DNA of 64,000 bases, from the NCBI GenBank assembly GCA_048937405.1, contig JBHLNF010000009.1, positions 64,001 through 128,000 on the forward strand, in the 5' to 3' direction. The notes under the pieces are model-generated. The model was not told where the DNA came from. It saw only the letters and a program-made list of their open reading frames with translations, and ran no database searches. Made by a program: the position numbers and the translations under genes. Each line of letters opens with the position of its first letter. Position 1 is the stretch's first letter. Below are positions 21,092-31,203 of this stretch, in pieces. Source of the stretch: Promethearchaeota archaeon (lineage in GTDB: Archaea > Asgardarchaeota > Lokiarchaeia > Sigyniarchaeales > SOKP01).

Positions 21092-21889
21092 ATGGCTGAT
21101 GAGACGATAATTTTCATAGTAATTGGAGTCATAATGATTGGTGCGTTTATATTCTTTCAGAGGAAATTTAAATTAACAAGAAAATCGGTAGGACTTAAAC
21201 TTTCATTACATATTTTATTATCAGCAGCTAATATGAGTGGCTTTACAGCAATTGCATATATATTATTCGATCAACCAATCTATAGAATGATATTTGTTAT
21301 CAGTGCTTTTTCTTATGTTATCTTTGTAATCTATTATTTACTCAAAACAATTCTGAGACAAGAATTGAAAATATCTACTGTATTAAAAGAAAGTTCGGAT
21401 GCGTCTGTAAATGTTTCAAATATTGCTACTGAATTAGCTACAAGTGCTAGTGAAGTAAATGCCGCTTCAGAAGAAATCGCAAACTCAACTCAAATTATAA
21501 CGCAAGAGGTTCAAGACGCCATAAATGCCACTAATAACATAAAAAAAGTTATTGAAATGGTTACTAATATTGCAGATCAAACAAATTTATTAGCACTAAA
21601 TGCCAGCATTGAAGCCGGTAGAGCTGGTGAACAAGGTAGAGGATTTGCGGTTGTTGCAGATGAAGTTCGAAAATTGGCTGAAGAATCAAAAACGGCTGTT
21701 CTTGAAACAAATAAAGATATCAATGATATAGTAAATAAAATTAAATCGACATTCAGTTCTATGGAAGGAATAAATGCATCAGCAGAACAACAAACAGCTT
21801 CTATGGAAGAAATATCAGCAACAGCTAATAAACTTGGCAACCTGGCTGAGAATTTAAAAAATAAATTAACAGGTAATTCCTCGAAATAA
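21092..21889 (+). CDS. Short methyl-accepting chemotaxis-like protein (3 TM plus signalling hairpin)
   Basis: [38 protein letters not shown]. Confidence 0.92.
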   Translation: MADETIIFIVIGVIMIGAFIFFQRKFKLTRKSVGLKLSLHILLSAANMSGFTAIAYILFDQPIYRMIFVISAFSYVIFVIYYLLKTILRQELKISTVLKESSDASVNVSNIATELATSASEVNAASEEIANSTQIITQEVQDAINATNNIKKVIEMVTNIADQTNLLALNASIEAGRAGEQGRGFAVVADEVRKLAEESKTAVLETNKDINDIVNKIKSTFSSMEGINASAEQQTASMEEISATANKLGNLAENLKNKLTGNSSK

Positions 21890-21918
21890 AAGGAATTTTT
21901 TATTAATTTTAAATCGAT

Positions 21919-22054
21919 TTTATAATATGATAAATATTTATACGAATGATCAGAACATTGAAGAGGGTGAATGACATTTTCTTGGTATTATTAAAGTTAA
22001 AGATAATTTATTTGGAGCTTTAGACCTTGAACCATTTGATAAGAAATAGAAAAA
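21919..22054 (+). pseudogene. Decayed direct-repeat copy of the 3' end of the GH57 branching-enzyme gene (matches 20574-20709)
   Basis: Gapless alignment at offset 1345; 113/136 identical by hand count. Translates ...NIEEGE*HFLGIIKVKDNLFGALDLEPFDKK* versus ...NVEEGEWHFLGTIEANDDLFDALDLEPFAKK*. Confidence 0.92.
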
Positions 22055-22113
22055 ATATGAAAAAAATCTTAATTTTATTAAACAGGAAATTTAGAGTCCT
22101 TCTCTAATAATTC

Positions 22114-24657
22114 TTAATCTTTAAACTTGAGTTTTTTCCGGATTATTACTATGCTAGCTATTGAAATAATTCCTAGAATAAGATATGTCTCATATCCAGG
22201 TATTCCATTCCCTGATTGTTCTTCTTCAACAATAATATAATTTATTCTGGTTTCAATGTCAGAATCACCATTGGCATCTGTAACATTTAAACTAACTGTG
22301 TAAGTTCCTACCGCCGTATACTGATGAGTAGGATTCTGATTAGTAGATGTATATCCATCCCCAAATTCCCAAAGGAAAGTTGCTGGAGGATCACCTAAAG
22401 TTCCAATAATAGTAAATTGTACCCACTCATTTACTAGAATAGCTGTCCTATTTACAATAAAACTTATAGTCGGTAATTGATTAGGTAAAGGACTAGAAAA
22501 TCCCCTAACTAAATTATACCTAAAAGTTTCCCATTGCCAGGTATAGTTCCATTCATTATTGATAACATATCCTGTCTTACCATTCCCCAACCAAATATGT
22601 TGATATTGGAAGGTTTGAGACCAGTCAGCTAGTTCATTATATAATTCCTCTTCTCTAGTTTCGTTTGCAAACCACAGCTCATCTAAAATATTATCACAAG
22701 TTACATTAAAATTAAAACCCATATTATTGAACCCAACAAATGTAAATTGAGAATGAGGCGTTAATGTTGTATTATATATCCAATTTGAAATCACCCCATA
22801 AGTACCTGTGGGATCTTCCTCTATAATACCAGGACTTCCATAATAATTTTGAAGATAACCCAGATTAATTATTTTTTGGTTATAACGGTTCAATAAAAAT
22901 CCATCAGTTGTAAACCAAGGAAAACTGTAAAATGGGTACATTCTAGTATAAGTATCAGGGACATCTTGTTCTAAGATAATATCACATCCAATCTCTTCAA
23001 GAGCAGTTTCTATTAGATATCTAACCCCTAAATGAGCTTGATCCCAATTATATTCCATTTCGTAAATAGGATTGTCATTTGCCACATCTTTCCAATCCTG
23101 TGTGTCATTTGCAATAGTCAATCCTCTCGCAGCGATAATAGGGCCCCAATATGGATCATCTATAAGGGTTTGTCGAGCTATGTTGATGTTATAATAAGGA
23201 AGTGGTATAGATGGATTATAATATTCATGAGTTTTTGGTAGAATTCCTCCAGAACGTACCACTTGGTTATCTTGGATAACATTAACGTAATAATCATAGT
23301 CCATAGCGTAGGAAAGTGCTTTCCTAAAGGCACGATTTATTCCATGTGCTATTATCGTGTCATCGAATTCCAATAAGGTAGGGCGAAATACATCATATCC
23401 GGGACTACAATTCAAATTTATTTCATCCCAATATCTCAAATAAGTTTCATTGATACAATTTAAAATAATGTTTTCTCCATAATCTTCAAGACCTATTTCA
23501 TCATATCTTATGTTAGTAGCAGCACTTATATCCGCATAATCAAGAGGTTCCCAAGAACGGTCCCATGCAAAGTCAATATCTCCAGTTACTATAGCAAGTT
23601 TTCTGGTATCATATCCCGCCTGGCTATGAGCAAAAGTTTGTAAACCAACTCTTTCGAGTGTATGCCAACCTTCAGCTTGTTGAGCCGTAGCATTCCACCA
23701 ACTATCGTATCTTATCATTGTACCTGACTCGGTAGAATAACTATGTTCCTCAAAAATATAAGGACCTGTACCGATTAAATGTCCTGGGAATACAGTAGGA
23801 TTATTTTGTGGAAAATTTGAATCATCTCCATACCCTTCTATTGGGATATCAAAATAATCTTTATAGGCATCCATTGAGATAAAATTTATATAACTGAGAT
23901 AAATTGGACCCATACGCCAATCATTAAAATAAATTCTAACTTTTCCGCCTGATTCTAAATTTTCTGTTATTGTTACATTTGTAAATCTAGGAAAGTAATC
24001 AATCATATCAGCAGAATACCCATAAAAAGGATATTCTGCTGGTCCGGAAAAAATCGAAACATTCCAACTATTGGTTGCAAAATCATCCCAATCACTTACT
24101 CTTAACCAATAAGTTTCCCTATTTTCTAACACACCTATAGGAGGGTCAAATTCTAAGCAATTACTGATATTTCCAAGGATGTACATCAATCTATCAATAT
24201 TCCATTTACATACTGTCGCATTCCAATCTGAACCATCATGAAATGTAACTCCTTCTCGAAGGGTTACCTCCATTGATGCAATACCATCATAAGCCATAAA
24301 ACCAGCCGCAGTCATTTCATCCGGTCTATCTTCCCAACTCCAGCTTGTTGCTAGTACAGGATATAATTCATCAAGGTTTCCCGTTGAATTAAATGGAAAT
24401 TGAAATAGACTTTCAAGAGCATTATCCAAATAATAATCTCCAGTGCTAGCTATATAACAAGGCACATCCCAATCTGCTATAGAACGTGGACCACAAGCTC
24501 CAACTGTAAAATTAACTGGACCTGCAGATTCTTTAACAAAATAATCTAACAATTGTTTATCATAAGTTTCATTTTCTAATACTTTAGGAAGAAGAAATGG
24601 GATTGATAATGATATAAATAAAATAATAAATGCTAATCCTTTTGAAGTCTTTCTCAT
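22114..24657 (-). CDS. Family-5 ABC substrate-binding protein with PKD domain and IPGY (Loki-CTERM-like) anchor
   Basis: Signal helix, LATSW, LREGVTFHDG, GTGPY, RKALSYA; PKD WEFGDG...NPTHQY...GTYTVSL; C-terminal IPGY, TM helix and basic tail. Confidence 0.88.
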   Translation of the reverse strand: MRKTSKGLAFIILFISLSIPFLLPKVLENETYDKQLLDYFVKESAGPVNFTVGACGPRSIADWDVPCYIASTGDYYLDNALESLFQFPFNSTGNLDELYPVLATSWSWEDRPDEMTAAGFMAYDGIASMEVTLREGVTFHDGSDWNATVCKWNIDRLMYILGNISNCLEFDPPIGVLENRETYWLRVSDWDDFATNSWNVSIFSGPAEYPFYGYSADMIDYFPRFTNVTITENLESGGKVRIYFNDWRMGPIYLSYINFISMDAYKDYFDIPIEGYGDDSNFPQNNPTVFPGHLIGTGPYIFEEHSYSTESGTMIRYDSWWNATAQQAEGWHTLERVGLQTFAHSQAGYDTRKLAIVTGDIDFAWDRSWEPLDYADISAATNIRYDEIGLEDYGENIILNCINETYLRYWDEINLNCSPGYDVFRPTLLEFDDTIIAHGINRAFRKALSYAMDYDYYVNVIQDNQVVRSGGILPKTHEYYNPSIPLPYYNINIARQTLIDDPYWGPIIAARGLTIANDTQDWKDVANDNPIYEMEYNWDQAHLGVRYLIETALEEIGCDIILEQDVPDTYTRMYPFYSFPWFTTDGFLLNRYNQKIINLGYLQNYYGSPGIIEEDPTGTYGVISNWIYNTTLTPHSQFTFVGFNNMGFNFNVTCDNILDELWFANETREEELYNELADWSQTFQYQHIWLGNGKTGYVINNEWNYTWQWETFRYNLVRGFSSPLPNQLPTISFIVNRTAILVNEWVQFTIIGTLGDPPATFLWEFGDGYTSTNQNPTHQYTAVGTYTVSLNVTDANGDSDIETRINYIIVEEEQSGNGIPGYETYLILGIISIASIVIIRKKLKFKD

Positions 24658-25191
24658 TATTAGATTTCTCCTTAATAATTTTTGGATATAATTTTTTTCT
24701 TGAAGAATTATTAGACTTGAATGATACCTGTATATTTAAATCTAACGTAAAATTCGTTCAATTCGAAAAGAAATAATTTTGAGAATAATCATAAGGAATT
24801 ATAATTAAATTAAATAATATTTTAGTACTATTAGGAGAATAGATTAATAGATGTCTTTAAAGTTAGTATAGAGATGAAATTTAATAATAAAGAAAAGAAA
24901 AAAAATAAAATTGTAAAATTCCCAATTAAAAACAATAGAAATCGTAGATAAAATTGAAATGGTATTGAAGAAAATGATAGATTATTTAAATCTATTATTT
25001 TAATTTGTTTTTAAAAAGTTAAAAGATAAATTGGAAAATGTTTTTTATTAAATAATATATTAAACTCAATTATACTTGAGTAATCACTATTTTTATCCAT
25101 TTTTTTTGCAGAATAAATATAGTAGTTTTTGTTTCAATAGGTTTAAAATTTAAATAAAATACTATTTTATAATCAAAACATAAACACAAAG

Positions 25192-26400
25192 GTGGGGAGT
25201 ATATCAAATTCATCTCTGTATAATAAAAACTCCGCAATAGATCACGTGAGTGCTCTGGCTTTTGGAAGAAAAGCAGGAACAACAGAGGCATACATTGCTA
25301 TGGACTATATCAGAGATACTTTAAAAAAAGAAAATATGAAAATAGAAATAGATCCTTTTTTATGGGTCTCTATTTGGGCTCTTTATATTTTAATGTTTGT
25401 AGTTCTTATTCTTATAATGTCATTTGTTATTATTATTAGTTTTTTCACACTAGCAGGAACAGCATTTGGTTATATTACTCTTTTTGTATCATTTTATTTC
25501 CTAGTTTATTATTTACGTTCTATTTCAATATATAAAAATTTTGATTTACTAAATCCAGTTCAAAAAGGTCATGTATCACATAATATTACTACCAGAATTG
25601 CATCAAATAAATATAAAAGGGAAAAACCAGTTATTATTTTTTGTGCCCATTTTGATTCTGTTTCTATTAGTTATTCTGAAAGAATCATAAATTCTATGAT
25701 TATAATTTTTGTCTTTTATGTTTTTATTTTATTTCCAATAAATTTAACAATGGATGTACATATTATCTTCAAAATATTTAATATAATCTTATTATTTGGA
25801 TTTTTATTCTTCTTTTTAAGTATTAGAGCTAAAAATAAATCAAAAGGTTCTGTTGATGATGCAAGTGGTACTGCTATACTAATTGAATTATCAAAATTAT
25901 TTCACAATAACCCACTAAATAATATAGATTTGATCTTTTTATGGACAGGAGCGGAAGAAATGGGATTGTTTGGTTCAAAAACATTTTGTTATAGAAATTT
26001 TAAAAATTTGAATAATGAATATAATCTAGATAAGTCATATGTTATTAACATCGATATGGTTGGATCCTATATTGGGTTAATTGATCAAATTGGAATGTTT
26101 AAAAAAACCAAGTTCAATAAAAGCTTAAATAATATCTTTGAAGAGATTGCGAGAAAAAAAGAGATTCCACTAAGAAAGGAAATAAAATCAATATCTTTTA
26201 TGAGTGACCACACAGTTTTCCAATCATATGCTAAAAAATACAAACGAGAATTACAGATTTGTTGGTTTTATTCAGGTGAGGACTCAAAATTCATACATAG
26301 TTCAAAAGATACACCCGATAAATGTATACCTGAAAATCTTAATGGTTGCATTGAGCTGTGCTACTATACTTTAAAGAAGTTAGATAAATCATTAGAATGA
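25192..26400 (+). CDS. Membrane-embedded M28 family metallopeptidase
   Basis: AHFDS, DDASG, EEMG, DMVG, SDH, IHSSKD with inserted TM pairs. Start may be ATA 25201, 6 nt after AAGGTG. Confidence 0.88.
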   Translation: MGSISNSSLYNKNSAIDHVSALAFGRKAGTTEAYIAMDYIRDTLKKENMKIEIDPFLWVSIWALYILMFVVLILIMSFVIIISFFTLAGTAFGYITLFVSFYFLVYYLRSISIYKNFDLLNPVQKGHVSHNITTRIASNKYKREKPVIIFCAHFDSVSISYSERIINSMIIIFVFYVFILFPINLTMDVHIIFKIFNIILLFGFLFFFLSIRAKNKSKGSVDDASGTAILIELSKLFHNNPLNNIDLIFLWTGAEEMGLFGSKTFCYRNFKNLNNEYNLDKSYVINIDMVGSYIGLIDQIGMFKKTKFNKSLNNIFEEIARKKEIPLRKEIKSISFMSDHTVFQSYAKKYKRELQICWFYSGEDSKFIHSSKDTPDKCIPENLNGCIELCYYTLKKLDKSLE

Positions 26401-26435
26401 ATACTTGAGGACGGAGATTAAAAAATTAAGTTGAT

Positions 26436-27584
26436 TTAAATCTCTTGACCAACTTCTAGTGTTCGATCACGGATTTGTGAATTGCTGCTAATCTTACAGT
26501 TTGGAGCGATTATTGCTTTATCTAAAATAACGTTATCTCCAATATCACAATTATTACAAATTATACTTTCTGTTATTATACAACCACCACCAATTTTTAC
26601 TTCATCCCATATGACACTCTTTTCTATTACTGTATCCTCTCCTATAGTTACATTTTGACCTATAGATGTCAACTCTTTGATTTTAACTCGATTATCAAGC
26701 CGAACATACTCTCCAAAACAAGTTGGTTTATCAATCCTAATATTTTGCCCTGAGCTTATAATTCCCATGATATAAATACCATCATATTCAACCCCATTAG
26801 GTAAGATTGGCCAAGCATATTTACGCAGCATATCCCAATTTGCCCATAGATAGGTAGTGGAATTCCCAGCATCCATCCAATAATAATTTTCAACAAAACC
26901 ATAAAGATCAAATTTATTTTCAAGAAGATAAGGAAAAACTTCACCTCCAAAATCCATTAGTCCTGTTTCATGAAGGATACCTCCAATATCTTTTTGAAAA
27001 CAATAAATACCTGTATTAATTATATTAGTATGTAAAAAAAGATCTTCTCGCTGCGAAATACTACTCAAATATAATTCCATTGGTGCAGGTTTTTCTAAAA
27101 AAAGATATATCTTTCTATTTTTATCTAATAGCACAACACCATATTGAGAAATATGACTTTCAACTGTTTTCATCGAAATTGTTGATAATCCACCTTTTTC
27201 AGAGTGAAAATCCATAAAACGTTTCATAGGAAGGTTTGTAACAATATCCGCCATTGAAACAGCTACATTTTTAGAATCTAAATGATCTGTTAAAAGTCTA
27301 TAAGCATCCGCAGTCCCTCTACTCTTTTGAATTTCACACTCTAATTCTACATCTCCCAATCTGTCTGCTGTCCAGGTTTTTTTAATATATTCCTTCATTT
27401 CCTTTCCCATATAAGCTAATGCTAATATTATATGTTTAATGCCAGCATACACTAAATGAGCTATTGCATAATCAACCATAGGAACATTTGTGACTTTAAC
27501 AAGTGGTTTTGGAATTATAGAGGTCAAAGGCATCAATCGTTTGCCCTTACCACCTGCTAAAATAATCGCAGACCAATCTCTCAA
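26436..27584 (-). CDS. NDP-sugar pyrophosphorylase (mannose/glucose-1-phosphate nucleotidyltransferase) with left-handed beta-helix
   Basis: ILAGGKGKRLMPLT..PKPL, GTAD, FLEKP, NTGIY, YWMDAG, C-terminal hexapeptide repeats. Confidence 0.92.
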   Translation of the reverse strand: MRDWSAIILAGGKGKRLMPLTSIIPKPLVKVTNVPMVDYAIAHLVYAGIKHIILALAYMGKEMKEYIKKTWTADRLGDVELECEIQKSRGTADAYRLLTDHLDSKNVAVSMADIVTNLPMKRFMDFHSEKGGLSTISMKTVESHISQYGVVLLDKNRKIYLFLEKPAPMELYLSSISQREDLFLHTNIINTGIYCFQKDIGGILHETGLMDFGGEVFPYLLENKFDLYGFVENYYWMDAGNSTTYLWANWDMLRKYAWPILPNGVEYDGIYIMGIISSGQNIRIDKPTCFGEYVRLDNRVKIKELTSIGQNVTIGEDTVIEKSVIWDEVKIGGGCIITESIICNNCDIGDNVILDKAIIAPNCKISSNSQIRDRTLEVGQEI

Positions 27585-27772
27585 TTTTTGAATCTCTGAA
27601 AATTTTCATTTAAAATATAAAAAGTATTAGATTTAAATCTAATTTTAATTGAGATTTAAAATTTATCTATTGGATTTATAATTTTTATATTGAATGGAAT
27701 AGAAACCTTTAGATAGCCATCTTCAAGTAGAAATAGAATTGAAAATCTAAGTTTTTAATAGATAAAATATGG

Positions 27773-28999
27773 CTATTTATTATTCAATGAATCTCTAATT
27801 TCTTTAGCTGCTATGTGAGGTAATTTTCTAGCAACTCGCATATCATCAGCCATCTCAGCACCCCCAATTACTTCATGTGGGATAATATCAGCAAACAAAT
27901 GAAAATCCGCATCATAACCATATGGACAACAATTAAACAAAATATTACGATTTTTTTCAATTTTTAAGTCATCTAATGCTTGAAAAATCATTTTAAGTGA
28001 TACTGCTAAATCTTCAATTTGATTGATTTTTAGCTGAGAAAATCTTCGTAAATGTTCATTTGGATGAAATCTTATGTGATAATTTCTTACTGGGCTTCCT
28101 GTAGTATAAAAAGTCCAAAATTCTGTTTCTAATATGATACGATCAGATCCTCCATGAGTACTTCTACATAAGTGACACTTATCACCCATTTCTTTAAAAG
28201 CTTCTAAATATCCCTCCAACCTGCTTCCATGACCATCCATATTTAAATCAATATAAGTTTGACTATGAATTCGAGGTTGAGAACCCCCAACTTTAGATCC
28301 GATATTAAAAAAGGGCATTACTGGAATATCATAATAATCTCTCTCTATAGCCTCTTCAATGCAATAAAGGATTGCTGCTTTCATAGAAAGAAAGATGCCA
28401 GTTAAGACATCTACAGGTATTAAATTAAAACATAGAGAAGGATAAAAATCTCGAGAAATTGTTACTAAATTAATTCCTATTGACAGTTTTAAATGAGAAG
28501 GAAGGTTTTTTACAATATTATCATAAATATCGGGATCTATTATTCTTACCATTGAAGGATATCTATTGATTAAAGTAAGAGCTTTACAATCATCTGGAAT
28601 CCTTTCTACTTGATGAGGTGTTCCCAAAAAGGGATTATCTCTCCTCATTTCATCTTGAGTTATAATTATAGTATGACCATCACTGAGAGCTTTTCCCCTG
28701 TCATCATGAACAATTTTCCCCTCTATAATAGAACTAAACACATCCTTGCAGTCATTCAAAACCTTATTGGAACAATCTGAGAATTTGTCTTCTCCTTCGT
28801 CAGTCTTAAATCCTCGAGGTCTTTCACTTCGTATAGGGCTGATATAAGAATAGCGACCAAAGTATCTTGGACGTTCTTTTCTAAGACCAAAACCCTCAGT
28901 TTGTATTATTCGAGTTGATAAAGGATCCCATCTTTTAATTGGAACATCATAGGTGGTTTTATTATTAAAATTTTCTTTATTTATTATACCCCATTCCAT
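27773..28999 (-). CDS. GalT/HIT-superfamily nucleotidyltransferase-like protein
   Basis: RSERP, NRYP, FFNIGSKVGGSQPRIHSQ (GalT N-x-G-x3-G-x-S-x2-HxHxQ variant), CHLC, C-terminal GG.E...P..AA..IR. Confidence 0.75.
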   Translation of the reverse strand: MEWGIINKENFNNKTTYDVPIKRWDPLSTRIIQTEGFGLRKERPRYFGRYSYISPIRSERPRGFKTDEGEDKFSDCSNKVLNDCKDVFSSIIEGKIVHDDRGKALSDGHTIIITQDEMRRDNPFLGTPHQVERIPDDCKALTLINRYPSMVRIIDPDIYDNIVKNLPSHLKLSIGINLVTISRDFYPSLCFNLIPVDVLTGIFLSMKAAILYCIEEAIERDYYDIPVMPFFNIGSKVGGSQPRIHSQTYIDLNMDGHGSRLEGYLEAFKEMGDKCHLCRSTHGGSDRIILETEFWTFYTTGSPVRNYHIRFHPNEHLRRFSQLKINQIEDLAVSLKMIFQALDDLKIEKNRNILFNCCPYGYDADFHLFADIIPHEVIGGAEMADDMRVARKLPHIAAKEIRDSLNNK

Positions 29000-29223
29000 A
29001 AATTCAGTATTATAATGGTTAGATTTTTCTTTTTTTTTAGAAATATAAATAACCTCTATTCTTTTTTAGCTTAGATTTTATATATATTACAACAATGCTA
29101 TATATTATTTACTCCCTTTAGAAATTATAAGTATTGCTGATATATAAAAAAAAGAAAAAAAAGGGGTGAACCTTTTTCTATTCAACCTATACTATAACTA
29201 TAAAGAGCTGGAGTTGTAATTTC

Positions 29224-29514
29224 TTAATACTCTAATCTTTTAATAATTTTGTAGGTTTTAAACTCACGAACTGGTTGATCCTTATCATTTAAACGCTCAA
29301 TTGGTACCCTTACAAAATTTTCGTCATCAAAATCTTCGATTTCAGTCTCTTTATATTTCGCCATAGTATCAGCCATCTTCAGCTCTCGAAGTAAGAAATC
29401 TCTAACAGCCACTCGAATCAATTCTGATCTTGAGGGATATAGACCATTTTCTCCAACTAATTTTTCAATACTATCGAGATAAGATTCAGGAATATTAACA
29501 GTTACTATTTTCAT
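29224..29514 (-). CDS. CopG/Arc/MetJ ribbon-helix-helix regulator
   Basis: MKIVTVNIPESYL..IEKLV...YPSRSELIRVAVRDFL. Confidence 0.88.
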   Translation of the reverse strand: MKIVTVNIPESYLDSIEKLVGENGLYPSRSELIRVAVRDFLLRELKMADTMAKYKETEIEDFDDENFVRVPIERLNDKDQPVREFKTYKIIKRLEY

Positions 29515-29993
29515 AATATCACATTATATCAGTTGTTAAATTTACCAAATTTAAAATCCGGCAAAATGACTAAAGCTATTTAAAAAACTACCGCCTTAAA
29601 CCACATTTTTTTTTATAAGTTATTTTATTACACATTAATATATAAAGTTAAGTTTTTATCGGATTAATATATTTAAAGAAAGACATATTAGTCATTTCTT
29701 AAATATTCCAAATATGGTATTAATGTATTAATCTTTAAAATGTTTTTATACTCCTCAAATTTAAAGATATTTTAAGTATTTATTTATTTATTTATTTTGG
29801 TTAAAAAAATTTTATTATCCTTCATATTAAAAATAAAAAATAGTGAAAAAAATAAGGAAATAAATAAATAATGTTCATAAATATTAAAATACTTAAAAAT
29901 TCTTTAGTTTAAATAATTATATATTTAAACAAAATTATAAAATAATCCACAAAGAAAAATAATGTTCTTTTTCCAGGTTTTTAATTGTCTATT

Positions 29994-31046
29994 TTAGTAC
30001 TCTTCTTCTAAATTCACAATATTAAGAAAATCTTGACGATTTTGAGCTGCTCGAGCAATATTCTCGATTAGTTCATTCCATCTTAGTAAATCATTAAATG
30101 GAGAATAACCTCTATGGGGCGAAAGTATAATATTATCTAATGTATGAAAAGGAAAATTATAGGGAAATTTTTTTCCTTCTTTATCACTTTCTGGAGAATA
30201 TTTATACCAAACATCAATAGCAGCTCCTTGAATAACTTTTTCTTTCAATGCATAGAATAAATCTTCCTCATTAATTATTTCACCTCTACTGACATTCACT
30301 AAAATACCATTTATGCCTAAAAGTTCAAGCTCGTTTCTACCAATCATTTTTTTTGTTAAAGAAGTAGCTGGAATAGCTATAATTAAAATATCAATATCTT
30401 TAAGAAACTGATCAAGTTGAGGGAAATCATATCTTTTTGTATTTTTTGGTAATGGCTTTTCTTGTTTTTCCCAATGTTTTCTTAAAATCGAAAATTCAAT
30501 ATCAAATCCACTTAAAAAACAATGTACTTTTTGATTTATAGCACCATATCCAAGTAATCCAACTTTTTTATATCTTAAGGGAATTGAAGCAGCATTTTCA
30601 TCTCCCGTGCGCCATTTGCCTTGACGCATCCATTCATGATGTTGAACTATTTTATTCATTAATGTTAAAAGAAGTGCAACTGTATGTTGAGCAACAAAAT
30701 AAGAATTTCCATGACCATTGATGAGTAGTACACTCCTATTTTTGTTAATTTCTCGAAATATTTCTATAAGATTTTGAATACCAGCACCAGGATTAATAAA
30801 TATCTTTAGATTGGTAGCCCTTAACAATAATTCTTTTGTAGGACGCCAACCTATCAATATATCTGCAATTGATATAATTTCATCCAGATTTTCCTTAAAT
30901 TTATCATTTCTAAAATTTAGATTAATATTATCATAATCTTTCAATTTTTCTATGATATATTCTTTAGTCTGTTCAGGAATATTAGATATAAAACAAACAT
31001 TAATTTTTTTTTTTATACTATTGATTTCTTTAGTTGATTCATTCAT
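29994..31046 (-). CDS. D-isomer-specific 2-hydroxyacid dehydrogenase
   Basis: GLLGYGAI, LVNVSRG, AAIDVW, ILSPH. Confidence 0.9.
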   Translation of the reverse strand: MNESTKEINSIKKKINVCFISNIPEQTKEYIIEKLKDYDNINLNFRNDKFKENLDEIISIADILIGWRPTKELLLRATNLKIFINPGAGIQNLIEIFREINKNRSVLLINGHGNSYFVAQHTVALLLTLMNKIVQHHEWMRQGKWRTGDENAASIPLRYKKVGLLGYGAINQKVHCFLSGFDIEFSILRKHWEKQEKPLPKNTKRYDFPQLDQFLKDIDILIIAIPATSLTKKMIGRNELELLGINGILVNVSRGEIINEEDLFYALKEKVIQGAAIDVWYKYSPESDKEGKKFPYNFPFHTLDNIILSPHRGYSPFNDLLRWNELIENIARAAQNRQDFLNIVNLEEEY

Positions 31047-31203
31047 AATTCAAGATCATTATAATTTATGCTCTAAAATATATTAGGATTTATTTTATAT
31101 CAAATAGAATATTCTTAATTCAAATAAATTTTTATATACAATTGGTTGTTATAATAACAAATATCTTTAATTCAAAATAATTTAGGTTAGAAAGGTAGAT
31201 GTA

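Noticed and set aside
21972-21974. In-frame TGA as selenocysteine
   Set aside because: It replaces Trp (TGG) in a decayed duplicate, not Cys; no SECIS-linked selenoprotein was recognised.
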